This document shows positions 18,503 to 29,275 of a DNA stretch of 64,000 nt, piece by piece. Each line of letters begins with the position of its first letter. The stretch's first letter is position 1. Made by a program: the position numbers and the translations under genes. This DNA is from Candidatus Kaiserbacteria bacterium (lineage in GTDB: Bacteria > Patescibacteriota > Minisyncoccia > Phycocordibacterales > UBA2100): positions 32,284-96,283 of the forward strand of contig JACPLC010000001.1 in the NCBI GenBank assembly GCA_016186695.1. Direction: 5' to 3'. Under the pieces are notes generated by a model. That model did no database searches and was not told where the DNA came from. It was given only the letters and a program-made list of their open reading frames with translations.

Positions 18503-21500
18503 ATGAAAAATAACACGTTCTTCCTGAAGAAGATTGAGATCATCGCCGTCACTGTCGCATTTATTGTCACGGTTTCTCCCTCATCCGCGTCTGCCGACAC
18601 GATAGCCGAACTGCAGGCGCAGATACAGGCACTCCTTGCGCAGGTCGTGGCACTGCAGGCGCAGCTCGGTACACAGACGACATCTAACTCCGGAACCAAC
18701 TCCTCCATCGCCGCTCCGTCAGCGGCGTGTATCGTCCTCACGAACAATTTGTATGTCGACATCGATGATTCGGAATCTGATGGCGAAGTAAGCCAGCTCC
18801 AGACGTTTCTTGCGCAGGATTTCTCTGTCTATCCGGAAGCCCGTGTCACCGGCTACTTTGGTCCGGCGACCGAGCGGGCGGTAAAACGGTGGCAAACAGG
18901 GAACGGCGTCGTGTCGAGAGGCACGCCCGACACCACAGGCTACGGCGCTGTGGGACCCAAGACGCGCGCCGCCCTCGCGCGCGGCTGCGGTGTGGCAATA
19001 CGGTCGCAGATTATTCCGGAGAGCAATGTAAAACCTGTCGTGATTCCCGAGACGGTAGTTTTTGTACCTCCACAACCGTCGACGGCGCCGAATCTTTCGG
19101 TCTCGAGTGTATATGCCGGCACAGTAAATGTGAATTACGCGAACCTCCCCGTGAATTCCCAGCTAGTGTTTGTGAACGCAACAACGAACGAACGCTTTGG
19201 TCCGCAAAGCACGATGGTAAGCGGAGGCGGCAGCGGCTCTGTCTCGATAAGCGAACATCCCGACATGGCGCAGACGCTCTACTTCCTCCGCGCGCAGAAC
19301 TATTCAACCGGCGCAGTCATTGCAGAAAGTTCCGCATTTTTGCTCGGAAGCAAGCAGACGGGCGTCGTGGCATGTTCGCTCACTGCCGACAAAGCGTCAT
19401 ACAAATTCGGAGAGACGATTACATTCTCGTGGAAGAGCCAAAACGCAACGCGGGCTGAATGGATAGACGATACCGACAAAGACAACATCCCGCTGCCGAT
19501 AGGCATACCTGGATTGAGTGGCTCGACAATTGTCTCTGCAAATGTGCTCGGTAATCCCTACCTCGTGCTCCGCGTCTACGGCCCAAGCGGTACCGCGACC
19601 TGCACAAAATCCGTCCCGGTGAACGAGAACGCTTCGCAGATCCCGCTGACTCGAAAATTTTCCGCTTCACCTGTGTCTGGCTCTGCACCGCTCGCCGTGA
19701 CATTCAGCATCCAAAATGCGGAAGGTAGCTTCGTCGATTTTGGTGACGGTTCGGCACCAATGTTGTGCACCGACAAAGGCGGCGATTCGTGTTCATCAAC
19801 GGGGGTTCCACACACATATACTTCATCTGGAACGCGCACCGCCCAGTTGAAGCAGTCAGCATATCGATGCTACGACACGCTGGAGCTACGGGGTTGCCGC
19901 TACGAGTACGACCCAGCAGGTGCCACCATTGGTACTGCGACAATTATAGTTAGTGGTCAGAGCACAAACACAATCACAGTTACTGCGCCCAACGGCGGCG
20001 AGCAGTGGGAGATCGGAACTCTCAACACCGTGACGTGGACGCCGTACCAGTACAATCCGGACGTCAATCCGTCGAAAGATGTAACAGCCTACCTTGAAAG
20101 AAAATGTGTAACTAGCGATACAGATATTCAATGCGAAAAAGATGGTTACAAGACTCTCGGTAGAGTGGAAGAATCCGGCAAAGCATCAATACATTGGACC
20201 ACGGGCCAATTGACCGCAGCCACGCAAAGCAACTTATATGCCGCGCCGGGGAGTGACTATTATATTCGCGTCGTGAATAATGTAACCGGCTCTTGGGATA
20301 GAAGCGATGCGCCGTTCACGCTTCTTCCGAGACCGATAACGCTGCTAGTAAACGGCTCTGATAAATATGTTGCGATTAACGATGTCGCCCAACCCATCAC
20401 CATCTCATGGACGACAAGTTACAATCTATACAACTGCCAGCTGACTGGTATCAACGAAGTCAGCTTTTCCACGATCCAGCCGAGTACCGGATCTGTCACG
20501 GGACACATTACGTATCAGAACGTATCGGGGGGAATTTCCTACGGTGTCGTATTGCAGTGTGTCAGGAACGTAAACGGCGTACCGACGCAGGTCAGCGCGA
20601 ATGCTCCGTTCTACGTGAATTACATTCCTTCGCCCGCATCACTTCAGATCACGAGCCCCAACGGCGGCGAACAACAGAATCCTCAAAATTCACTGAACAC
20701 TACATTCAAGCACAGCGGAATAAAATCGTATTCCATCGCGCTCTATAGAAATGACCAATGGTATGCATGGATCGCGAAGGATCAACCCATAATGGATTCT
20801 TACGATATACTCGCGTTTTTTACTCCAGCCGATCTATTCGCGGGTCTCGGTACTGGCGACAACGCCGGCGCCATCTTTAAGATCTACATCACCGGACAAA
20901 AATCCGATGGCACGGGCTACGTAGACGACAAGTCGGACGCACCGTTCAGCTTTGTCAGTCCTGTTCCTACGGGTTCGTATCTCGCGTACATGAACGGCTA
21001 TCTCAAAGCCACGTCCGAAAACATTACCAAAGCTGACGCGCTCGCGAACTGTAAGCTGAACGCTGCGAACAATCCCGGGTGGCTTCACCACTGCAGATGG
21101 AACAACGAAATTATCTATTCAGATACGCAGGTCACTCTTCAGTATCCGAACGGCGGTCAGTCTTTTATTGCGGGCTCAGGTAATAGTGTAACCGTAACGT
21201 GGAACGCAATCGGCGTCCCGGGAGGAAGTACCATCTGTACACTGTTCATGCCTGAAGGGTGGGACGGAGGTGGGTTTGCGTTTCCTGGAAGCAGTTCATG
21301 CTCGAACGCAACGAGCGGAGCGGGAGCGCATACGGGAACACTTATACGAAACAGCGGCTACGACTTGGCGCCTGGCACGTATCGCGCTGTCGTGAGGATA
21401 ATCGGTCCCTCAGATGGCGGGAAAGACGGTCAGATTCTCGCGAAAGATGAGAGTGATTCGACGTTTACTCTCACCGGTTCCAGTGCAAGCGCCTCCGTAA

Positions 21501-21580
21501 ACAGCAGCAACCTCGCCAACGTGCTCACGGCGATGGAATCAATCTTGCGGTCGATTATCAGTAAATTAAGCTCGCCATGA
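18503..21580 (+). CDS. Giant secreted cell-envelope protein with signal peptide, coiled coil, peptidoglycan-binding domain (PG_binding_1-like) and multiple Ig/PKD-like beta domains
   Basis: N-terminal hydrophobic signal, heptad IAELQAQIQALLAQVVALQAQLG, the PGBD-like LQTFLAQDFSVYPEARVTGYFGPATERAVKRWQTGNGV, then about 800 aa of beta-rich sequence. Confidence 0.8.
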   Translation: MKNNTFFLKKIEIIAVTVAFIVTVSPSSASADTIAELQAQIQALLAQVVALQAQLGTQTTSNSGTNSSIAAPSAACIVLTNNLYVDIDDSESDGEVSQLQTFLAQDFSVYPEARVTGYFGPATERAVKRWQTGNGVVSRGTPDTTGYGAVGPKTRAALARGCGVAIRSQIIPESNVKPVVIPETVVFVPPQPSTAPNLSVSSVYAGTVNVNYANLPVNSQLVFVNATTNERFGPQSTMVSGGGSGSVSISEHPDMAQTLYFLRAQNYSTGAVIAESSAFLLGSKQTGVVACSLTADKASYKFGETITFSWKSQNATRAEWIDDTDKDNIPLPIGIPGLSGSTIVSANVLGNPYLVLRVYGPSGTATCTKSVPVNENASQIPLTRKFSASPVSGSAPLAVTFSIQNAEGSFVDFGDGSAPMLCTDKGGDSCSSTGVPHTYTSSGTRTAQLKQSAYRCYDTLELRGCRYEYDPAGATIGTATIIVSGQSTNTITVTAPNGGEQWEIGTLNTVTWTPYQYNPDVNPSKDVTAYLERKCVTSDTDIQCEKDGYKTLGRVEESGKASIHWTTGQLTAATQSNLYAAPGSDYYIRVVNNVTGSWDRSDAPFTLLPRPITLLVNGSDKYVAINDVAQPITISWTTSYNLYNCQLTGINEVSFSTIQPSTGSVTGHITYQNVSGGISYGVVLQCVRNVNGVPTQVSANAPFYVNYIPSPASLQITSPNGGEQQNPQNSLNTTFKHSGIKSYSIALYRNDQWYAWIAKDQPIMDSYDILAFFTPADLFAGLGTGDNAGAIFKIYITGQKSDGTGYVDDKSDAPFSFVSPVPTGSYLAYMNGYLKATSENITKADALANCKLNAANNPGWLHHCRWNNEIIYSDTQVTLQYPNGGQSFIAGSGNSVTVTWNAIGVPGGSTICTLFMPEGWDGGGFAFPGSSSCSNATSGAGAHTGTLIRNSGYDLAPGTYRAVVRIIGPSDGGKDGQILAKDESDSTFTLTGSSASASVNSSNLANVLTAMESILRSIISKLSSP

Positions 21581-21752
21581 GTTTCACTCACGACGAGTAC
21601 GTGCTCGCGATTCTCGGGCTAAGCATGAGTTTCAGCGCAGCACAGTACTTGGAAGCAATACTCGGCCTTGAGGCCGAGTTTGCTTTTGAGGATGCTTTTC
21701 CACACGCGACGCCTCTTCAGGGGCGTCCGTGTGACATCATAAGAAGACGACT

Positions 21753-24700
21753 ATGCTGAAAAAAGTTTTCTATGGAAGCTTCGGGGCGTTCGCGCTCGTG
21801 CCGCTCTTTGCATTTGCGCAGACGTCGCTCGATCTACAGGCCGAAATTCAGGCGCTCCTCCAGCAGGTGCAATTACTCCAAGGAGAACTGCAGAATGCAG
21901 TTACCCCGACTCAAGCGCCGGCTCCGGCTTCGACAGGCTCACCGCAGGCCGCGCCAACTCCCATGTCTTCCGCTTCCGCAGGATGCGTAGTGATTTCTCG
22001 GACGCTCTCTCTCGGCGCGCAGGGAAAGGACGTGACCGCGCTCCAGAAGTACCTTGCGAGCGATCCATCTATATATCCGGAAAGAAGTGTTACGGGCTAT
22101 TTCGGCGCGCTCACGGAGCGTGCGGTGAAGCGCTTCCAGGTGCAGTACAGCATTGTCTCTTCCGGCTCGCCGCAGACGAGCGGCTATGGTGCCGTCGGGC
22201 CGCGCACCCGCGCGCTTATCATGGAGAAAAGCTGCGGCGGGATACCGGAGCTTGAGAGCGGCGGCACGGTGCCGCGATGCGCCATCAATGCGAGCCGGAA
22301 GACAATTCTCGCGGGTGAGCCGGTCACTGTCTCGTGGAACAGCACGAACGCCTCCTCCGCAGTCGACAACACTTCGGCGCAGCGCGTCGAGCTGAAAGGC
22401 TCTACCGTGTTCTATCCCAAAGTCGATTCCACGTTTACCTACTCCTTCTTCGGCTACACGGTAAGTCTGCCCGCAGTGTGCAGTGTGCGCGTTACCGTCG
22501 CCACTTCCGAAAGCTCACCCGCTCCAAATCCACCACCGACACCAGGTTCATCGGTATCAAGCGGCGACAATTTTACCGCGACACCCTCCTCCGGAGCGGC
22601 GCCGCTCTACGTGCAATTTATTTTCAAACCGAAGGCCGGCGTGGCCTGCACTTCCCGCCAGCTTTCTATCGAGTATGGTGACGGCGAAAGCGTCATGCTC
22701 GAGCCGACACTTTGCGCAACAGCCGGCATGCGCTCCGTCTACCACCTCTACAAAAAGACGGGCGCCTTTACTGCACGCGTCTACGACAACGGCTCCTGCG
22801 TCGGGAACACACGCTGTGCTACGAGTGCGGAAGTTGCGAAGACACTCATTGCTGTTTCCGGACTCTCGGCCTGCACCTCGGGAGATGTCACCATTCCGCA
22901 TGGCGCCTCGAGAGACTTTTACAGTGCCCCCTCAGCGCTCATCGATGAGACGTGCGCGTCGCGCCGGCTCTCGCGACTTTGTCTGGACGGCGTGCTTTCC
23001 GGAGATGCGAGCTACTCGTATGCAACGTGCGCCGCGGCGGGAACGTTATCGTGCACGCTCGACGGTGTGACGGTCGCAAACGGAGGCGCGCGCACCTTTT
23101 ACTCACAAAGCTCGGTTACTTCGGGGACCTGTGCGGCTGTTTCGCAAAGCCGCGTTTGCACGAGCGGCACACTCTCCGGAAGCGCCACGTACAGCAAAGC
23201 GAACTGCACGATTGCCGCGCCCGTCTGCACGCTCGACAAGATCGAGCTTTCCAACGGTTCTTCAACCACCTTTTACTTTGCGCAATATGTCCCGACCGGC
23301 GAGCTGTGTTCTTCATACGCGCAAACGCGCAGCTGCACAAGCGGCGTCTTGAGCGGATCGTCTGCGTATCAATACTCGACATGCGCACCTGTATCGGCTG
23401 GCTACTGCGCGCTCGACAACACATCGCTCGCAAACGGTTTCGGCACGACCTTCTACAAGTACCGGACGGCGCCCGCAGGAGAGCTGTGCGATTCGCACAA
23501 GATCACGCGTACCTGCACGAACGGCACGCTCTCCGGTGACAGCGCGTACCTCTACGCTTCGTGTGCGAACCAGACGACCTGCACGCTCGACGGGCTCACG
23601 CTCGGGCACAGTAGTTCAAGCGTTTTCTACAAAGAGCGCACTGTCCCCTTCGGTTCGACCTGTACGTCCGCCTCGCTCTCGCGCACGTGCACGAACGGCA
23701 AGCTTTCGGGCGACGATGCATACCAATACGGGAGCTGCAGCGTGAGCGCACCTGTCGCATCGCTGCGGAAGAATCTTGCGAATGCGTTTCTCGCCTCTGC
23801 CCAAACGGCCTCCGAAATTCAGGCGCGGATACAAGCGCTTCTCAAGGAACTCGCCACCCTGCAAGCCCAACTCCTATCGACTCCGGCTTCAGACGCAGGC
23901 TCGACCCAGCAATCTATAGGCCCGACGTTTCGCATAGGGGCCGCGTGTCCGGTAATTTCCCGCGATCTGCGCCTTGGCATGCGGGGCGAGGACGTCGTGG
24001 CGCTCCAGAGATTTCTTATCGCACAAGGGCTCCTCAGCGCGGAGAATGCGACCGGCTACTATGGCGCTCTCACGCTGCGAGCGGTACAGGCACTGCAATC
24101 GGGACTCGGGGTCGTTTCTTCGGGTTCCGACACTTCGACAGGCTGGGGAGTTTTGGGACCAAAGACGCGCGCGGCGCTCACGCGCGGCTGCGCACTCATG
24201 AAAACACAATTTAATACTTCTCCAACGCCGGCCGCTACGCCACCGCAAGCTACTCCGTTACCAGTAACCTCATCGACGGTCCAGAAAAGTGCTTCCCCCG
24301 CGCCGCCGCCTCCACCGCCGAGCGTCGTATCTCCGAGCGTGGCAGAAACTTCTGCGGTCACGAGCACGACCGCTCCCGCGCCCTCGATAACTCTCTCGTC
24401 TCCGAGCGCGGGAACCGCATTCGTCATCGGCGATGCGATCCCTGTCTCATGGAAAATAGTCGGCATTCCGAGTGGCGCTGCCCTCTATCTCCAGCTCATC
24501 AACAGCTCGAACGGAAACATCGTGCGGTCGCAAAAGGCCGGCGGCAGTTCCGCTTCTTTCAGCACGAGCGGTGCCTGCAATGGAAATTTCTCCGATGCGC
24601 CCGACGCCGACTGCGCCGGATTGCGCAGCATGGTTGCAAAGAACCTTATCTTTCACTTTATACAGGCGGTCATCTACACCCCCGCGAATGGATGTCTTGG

Positions 24701-25109
24701 TGTCTGCGCGCCGGGCACACCCTCCGCAACCACACTCCTCACCGTAAAAAGCGAGGTGTTCACGCTGAAGGCGGCGACATTTGCCGCCTCACCGACTTCG
24801 GGCTCCGCGGATCTTGAGGTCACCTTTAGCGGCAACGTTCCCGCCGGCTATTCCGGCGGCGCGGAAATAGACTTTGGGGACGCTAGCGACAATGGGTCGG
24901 TGTGTAAACCCGGCTTTGCATGCACGTATCAGGTTAAACATACGTATACTTCTTCCGGCACCTACAGTGCGAAACTGAAGGGGGTGGGCGAGGCGGGCTT
25001 CTCGGAGCTTGGCGAGCAGAAGATAACGGTCGCAAGCCCGTCTTCCGCCAGTCCATGTGTTCCGGGAAGAGACAACGCTGCAGGAGGGCAGGTCGGGTCT
25101 TCGTGCTAA
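21753..25109 (+). CDS. Giant secreted cell-envelope protein paralogous to 18503..21580. It has two coiled-coil plus PG-binding modules, 6-8 tandem Cys repeats of about 57 aa, a Pro-rich linker and PKD-like C-terminal domains.
   Basis: Same N-terminal architecture (LDLQAEIQALLQQVQLLQGELQ plus LQKYLASDPSIYPERSVTGYFGALTERAVKRFQ). A second PGBD is at residues about 720-800. The repeats are C-LDG-x-ANG-x-TFY...SR-CTxGxLSG..Y.Y..C. Confidence 0.8.
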   Translation: MLKKVFYGSFGAFALVPLFAFAQTSLDLQAEIQALLQQVQLLQGELQNAVTPTQAPAPASTGSPQAAPTPMSSASAGCVVISRTLSLGAQGKDVTALQKYLASDPSIYPERSVTGYFGALTERAVKRFQVQYSIVSSGSPQTSGYGAVGPRTRALIMEKSCGGIPELESGGTVPRCAINASRKTILAGEPVTVSWNSTNASSAVDNTSAQRVELKGSTVFYPKVDSTFTYSFFGYTVSLPAVCSVRVTVATSESSPAPNPPPTPGSSVSSGDNFTATPSSGAAPLYVQFIFKPKAGVACTSRQLSIEYGDGESVMLEPTLCATAGMRSVYHLYKKTGAFTARVYDNGSCVGNTRCATSAEVAKTLIAVSGLSACTSGDVTIPHGASRDFYSAPSALIDETCASRRLSRLCLDGVLSGDASYSYATCAAAGTLSCTLDGVTVANGGARTFYSQSSVTSGTCAAVSQSRVCTSGTLSGSATYSKANCTIAAPVCTLDKIELSNGSSTTFYFAQYVPTGELCSSYAQTRSCTSGVLSGSSAYQYSTCAPVSAGYCALDNTSLANGFGTTFYKYRTAPAGELCDSHKITRTCTNGTLSGDSAYLYASCANQTTCTLDGLTLGHSSSSVFYKERTVPFGSTCTSASLSRTCTNGKLSGDDAYQYGSCSVSAPVASLRKNLANAFLASAQTASEIQARIQALLKELATLQAQLLSTPASDAGSTQQSIGPTFRIGAACPVISRDLRLGMRGEDVVALQRFLIAQGLLSAENATGYYGALTLRAVQALQSGLGVVSSGSDTSTGWGVLGPKTRAALTRGCALMKTQFNTSPTPAATPPQATPLPVTSSTVQKSASPAPPPPPPSVVSPSVAETSAVTSTTAPAPSITLSSPSAGTAFVIGDAIPVSWKIVGIPSGAALYLQLINSSNGNIVRSQKAGGSSASFSTSGACNGNFSDAPDADCAGLRSMVAKNLIFHFIQAVIYTPANGCLGVCAPGTPSATTLLTVKSEVFTLKAATFAASPTSGSADLEVTFSGNVPAGYSGGAEIDFGDASDNGSVCKPGFACTYQVKHTYTSSGTYSAKLKGVGEAGFSELGEQKITVASPSSASPCVPGRDNAAGGQVGSSC
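22850..23770 (+). repeat. Tandem coding repeats of about 171-177 nt, each beginning TGCACGCTCGAC, that encode the Cys-repeat module
   Basis: The period is visible at both the DNA and protein level. The copies have diverged. Confidence 0.6.
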
Positions 25110-25119
25110 GGCGGAAGAC

Positions 25120-25149
25120 TTGACGGATTACGGCCATTTTTGCTAGTAT
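25120..25149 (+). promoter_or_regulatory. Candidate sigma70-like promoter TTGACG-18 nt-TAGTAT upstream of tuf
   Basis: Hexamers read directly from the sequence, about 95 nt upstream of the tuf ATG. Confidence 0.35.
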
Positions 25150-25242
25150 GCGCGGACGCTAGAGAGGCGGTATTTTTTTGTCCATATGGGCAGCCTCACA
25201 TCTTTGCGTTGGCATTAAAAATTAGTAGTCATTAATGATTGT

Positions 25243-26442
<1,200 letters not shown>

Positions 26443-26471
26443 CCGCAAACAAAAGCGTTTGCAAAGAGAAC

Positions 26472-26497
26472 GCCGACCCGTCGGGTCGGCGTTTTCG
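26472..26497 (+). terminator. Rho-independent terminator gccgacccg-tcgggtcggc plus a U-run after tuf
   Basis: Perfect 9-bp GC stem followed by GTTTTCG. Confidence 0.7.
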
Positions 26498-26520
26498 CGT
26501 CGCGTCTTGTCGGTGTCACC

Positions 26521-26817
26521 TCAGCTCCGCGCAGACCTTGGGGGTTCTGTCGCAGCAAAGTGCGCCAGCCAGCCGACGAATAGAAACACAATGGCGACGG
26601 TGATGTACAGCGGTGTTCCGTCGACCGTGGGCGGATGCCGGAAGCATGCGATCAGTAGCAGGATCAGGATGCCCCAGGTGACAGGTGTCAGTGTGAGGAG
26701 CGTCTTCTGTTTATGGCCGAGAATTCGGTCCGTCCACGCCATGTAGGTGTAATACGGAAGGCCGAAGATGGACTTCAACAGGTAGATCAGCAAATTCCTG
26801 AACATGGGCATCTCCAT
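26521..26817 (-). CDS. Small two-TM membrane protein (the long ORF 26521..27384 is trimmed to MEMPMF...)
   Basis: The C-terminal 98 aa are hydrophobic and plausible. The upstream part is S-rich antisense-looking sequence that overlaps the + TPR gene. Confidence 0.35.
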   Translation of the reverse strand: MEMPMFRNLLIYLLKSIFGLPYYTYMAWTDRILGHKQKTLLTLTPVTWGILILLLIACFRHPPTVDGTPLYITVAIVFLFVGWLAHFAATEPPRSARS

Positions 26818-26968
26818 CTGCCCCGAGAGACCTAAGAGAGCAGGGGCTTTGAGCAATGTAACAGAATCCCAGCGCGCTGTCGTTTCGAATAACGATAACC
26901 AAAATCGTCGCTGCGCCCTTCGTAGCCTGTAAGGCGAAGTAGGGCTTAACGTCTCAATAGCATAGGGA

Positions 26969-27005
26969 AACCAGCAGAAAACCCCGGCTCGATGCGCCGG
27001 GGTTT
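26969..27005 (+). terminator. Hairpin aaaaccccggc-tcgatgc-gccggggtttt plus a U-run, immediately upstream of the low-GC TPR gene
   Basis: Read from the sequence. No + strand CDS lies upstream of it. Confidence 0.5.
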
Positions 27006-27046
27006 TCTTTTTGCTAAGAAAACTGAAAGGAGTACTATTCGGCCAC

Positions 27047-28654
27047 ATGCTTGATTCTGCATCATCTACGCAAAATTTCGCATTCCCACCTGAGCTTTGG
27101 GCATCATGGCCTGCGTGGGGGAGCGTTGCTCTGGTACTGACATGTTTAATCTTTTTTATTATTTTCCGCAGACCGATAAGTGCCGTAATAAATAGATCCG
27201 TAAAAACTAAGGTAGGACGGGACGGTATCGAAGTAGATAGTCCAGTGACTAATGAGCCGACGAAAGAGGAAGATAAAGAAGCACAAGTTCCAGAAAAAAC
27301 ATCTGAAGAAGAAAAGAAAGGGGAAATTCCCGAGGCAGCTGATGTACCAAAAACTTTAGACGATTGGCGCACCGAGATGCTCATTGCTTATATTGAGAAA
27401 GACAAGCCACGATTAGAAAAAGCGTATAAGAAGATTCTTGAATTAAATTCTGACTCTGGCTCAAAAAAAGAAGACGACATCACATATCTCAAATATTCTC
27501 ATGCATTGGGAAATACAGACGCTATAACTCAATTGAAGCAAAAGTTAGAAAATACAGATATCGCTTATGAAGTTAATGTTGCGCTAGGATTTTGTTTTTT
27601 CGTCTCGGACGATTTCGACCGCGCAAATGAGTATTATTCGAAAGCTGTGGAGCTTGCTAGGGATGAGGACGAGAAGTCCGGTTCAACGACTAATCTATCT
27701 TCATCTTTGTACGCTAATGGAGAAAAGAAGAAAGCGGTCGAGGTTTTAATTGAAGGACTTTTCTCGATTAAAGATGACAGGCCTAAAGTGAAGCTTTACG
27801 TGGAATTGGCCGAGTTGTATGAAAAACAAAAGGATTTTGAGCAGCGGGCATTTGTTTTAGATAAGGCGTTGGAACTTCAGCCAAACGATCCCGATTTATT
27901 GTTTAAAGCGGCATATGCGTATTCTCAAGGTGATTATGATGAGATGTCGCTTTTGCACTACCGGAATGCAAGCAAAATTGATCCAGAAAATGCTTCCGTC
28001 CGCAACAACCTTGGAGTGCAATACGAAAAACTCGGAATGCCAATCAAATCGACTTTGAATTATAAAGAAGCAGAATTGCTCGGCGAAAATCTGGCAAGCG
28101 CCAATCTCGCCTACCGGCTTATGGATGCTGGATTTACTACTGAAGCAGAAGAGAAGTTGAATGTCGCAAAAAACAAGGAAGAAGTACACCCCAATGTAGG
28201 TGCGGCAATCTCAGCTCTCTCAAAGAAAAAAGACCATGAGGACGACCTCGAAAAGCAACGAACAGAGAAAGCCCTCTTGTTACGAAAGTTTATCCTCGGG
28301 TTCGCCGGTTCGAAGTTTACAAAGGGGACAAATTTATCGGGTGTTTCCGGCATTTGGAAATCGAGAAACGGAATGGAGTTTCAATTTGTAGTGGAGAATA
28401 ATAAAATTTTTGCTTTCTGGAAGGAAAAAATCATAACCTATGACTCAGAATATAAATTAGAAGGACCAATATTCAATAATAGTTCGGACGTGACTATTTT
28501 TGAGAAAGAGTATAATACCGCCAAGAGTTCCTATGAGTTTGCAGAAAAAGGTACGGGTGCCCTTTTTTGCTCTGAAGACGGATTGGAAATTCGCTTACTG
28601 CGAAAAGATAAGCCTTTATACAACAGAAAAATATACATTCTGAAGAGGATCTAA
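27047..28654 (+). CDS. N-terminally membrane-anchored TPR-repeat protein encoded in a low-GC island
   Basis: TM helix WPAWGSVALVLTCLIFFIIF followed by multiple TPR-like repeats. An AAAGGAG ribosome-binding site sits 14 nt upstream of ATG 27047. Local GC is about 40-43% against about 58% in the flanks. Confidence 0.7.
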   Translation: MLDSASSTQNFAFPPELWASWPAWGSVALVLTCLIFFIIFRRPISAVINRSVKTKVGRDGIEVDSPVTNEPTKEEDKEAQVPEKTSEEEKKGEIPEAADVPKTLDDWRTEMLIAYIEKDKPRLEKAYKKILELNSDSGSKKEDDITYLKYSHALGNTDAITQLKQKLENTDIAYEVNVALGFCFFVSDDFDRANEYYSKAVELARDEDEKSGSTTNLSSSLYANGEKKKAVEVLIEGLFSIKDDRPKVKLYVELAELYEKQKDFEQRAFVLDKALELQPNDPDLLFKAAYAYSQGDYDEMSLLHYRNASKIDPENASVRNNLGVQYEKLGMPIKSTLNYKEAELLGENLASANLAYRLMDAGFTTEAEEKLNVAKNKEEVHPNVGAAISALSKKKDHEDDLEKQRTEKALLLRKFILGFAGSKFTKGTNLSGVSGIWKSRNGMEFQFVVENNKIFAFWKEKIITYDSEYKLEGPIFNNSSDVTIFEKEYNTAKSSYEFAEKGTGALFCSEDGLEIRLLRKDKPLYNRKIYILKRI

Positions 28655-28694
28655 AGCTTGTGCAAATCGTGAAAGAGGTCAGAACTTCTCTGCT

Positions 28695-28815
28695 CGGGGA
28701 ATTCGGCGCATTTATATTTTGCTTCTGACTATATGCTTATTCGCGCGAATTAGAATATAAGGAAGCGATAAGAATTTGCTCGGGCCTGCCTGCCGGCAGG
28801 CGGGGAATTCGGCGG
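28695..28815 (+). repeat. Direct repeats cggggaattcggcg (28695-28708 and 28801-28815) flanking a 92-nt AT-rich segment with the palindrome gcctgccggcaggc
   Basis: Further copies of GGGGAATTCGGC lie at 29242-29254 and 29906-29916, all in the same orientation. Confidence 0.5.
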
Positions 28816-28844
28816 GACGTATGTTTCAGTGGTAGAGTCTAGCG

Positions 28845-29189
28845 ATGACTACTATTTCTTGGGAAGATTTTGAGAAGGTGAATATTCGCGTAGGGAAAAT
28901 AATTGAGGTTTCTGATTTTCCCGAGGCGCGTAAGCCTGCGTATAAACTGAAAATCGACTTTGGTTCAGAGATTGGAACCAAACAATCCAGCGTGCAAGCT
29001 GTCGGCGCGCATACGAAAGAAGAATTGTTGAACTCTCTCGTTTGCTGCGTCGTTAATTTCCCGTCAAAGAACATTGGCCCTTTTACATCCGAAGTACTCA
29101 CGCTTGGATTCAAGAACAACGTCGGAGAAGGCTGGGTCCTTATCGAACCAAAAGCAGATTCCGTCGATCTCGGCAGCAAACTCGCCTAG
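28845..29189 (+). CDS. tRNA-binding-domain protein (CsaA / Trbp111 / EMAP-II-like)
   Basis: EDFEKVNIRVGKIIEVSDFPEARKPAYKLKIDFG is the tRNA-binding OB-fold signature. Confidence 0.75.
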   Translation: MTTISWEDFEKVNIRVGKIIEVSDFPEARKPAYKLKIDFGSEIGTKQSSVQAVGAHTKEELLNSLVCCVVNFPSKNIGPFTSEVLTLGFKNNVGEGWVLIEPKADSVDLGSKLA

Positions 29190-29227
29190 AGATATTCTCA
29201 TATTCTTAAGAATATGAGAATATTCTG
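29189..29227. terminator. Near-perfect 38-nt AT-rich palindrome (agatattctcatattcttaagaatatgagaatattct) between convergent genes, acting as a bidirectional terminator or operator
   Basis: Read directly from the sequence. Confidence 0.5.
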
Positions 29228-29275
29228 ATCAATTTTTGCTTGGGGAATTCGGCCCGATGTAAAGCGCCCCGGCCG

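Noticed and set aside
26521-27384. Long minus-strand ORF (287 aa) overlapping the start of the TPR gene
   Set aside because: The N-terminal two thirds are Ser-rich low-complexity sequence with no internal Met support, and they overlap the + strand TPR gene by about 340 nt. I kept only the hydrophobic C-terminal 98 codons as a tentative gene.
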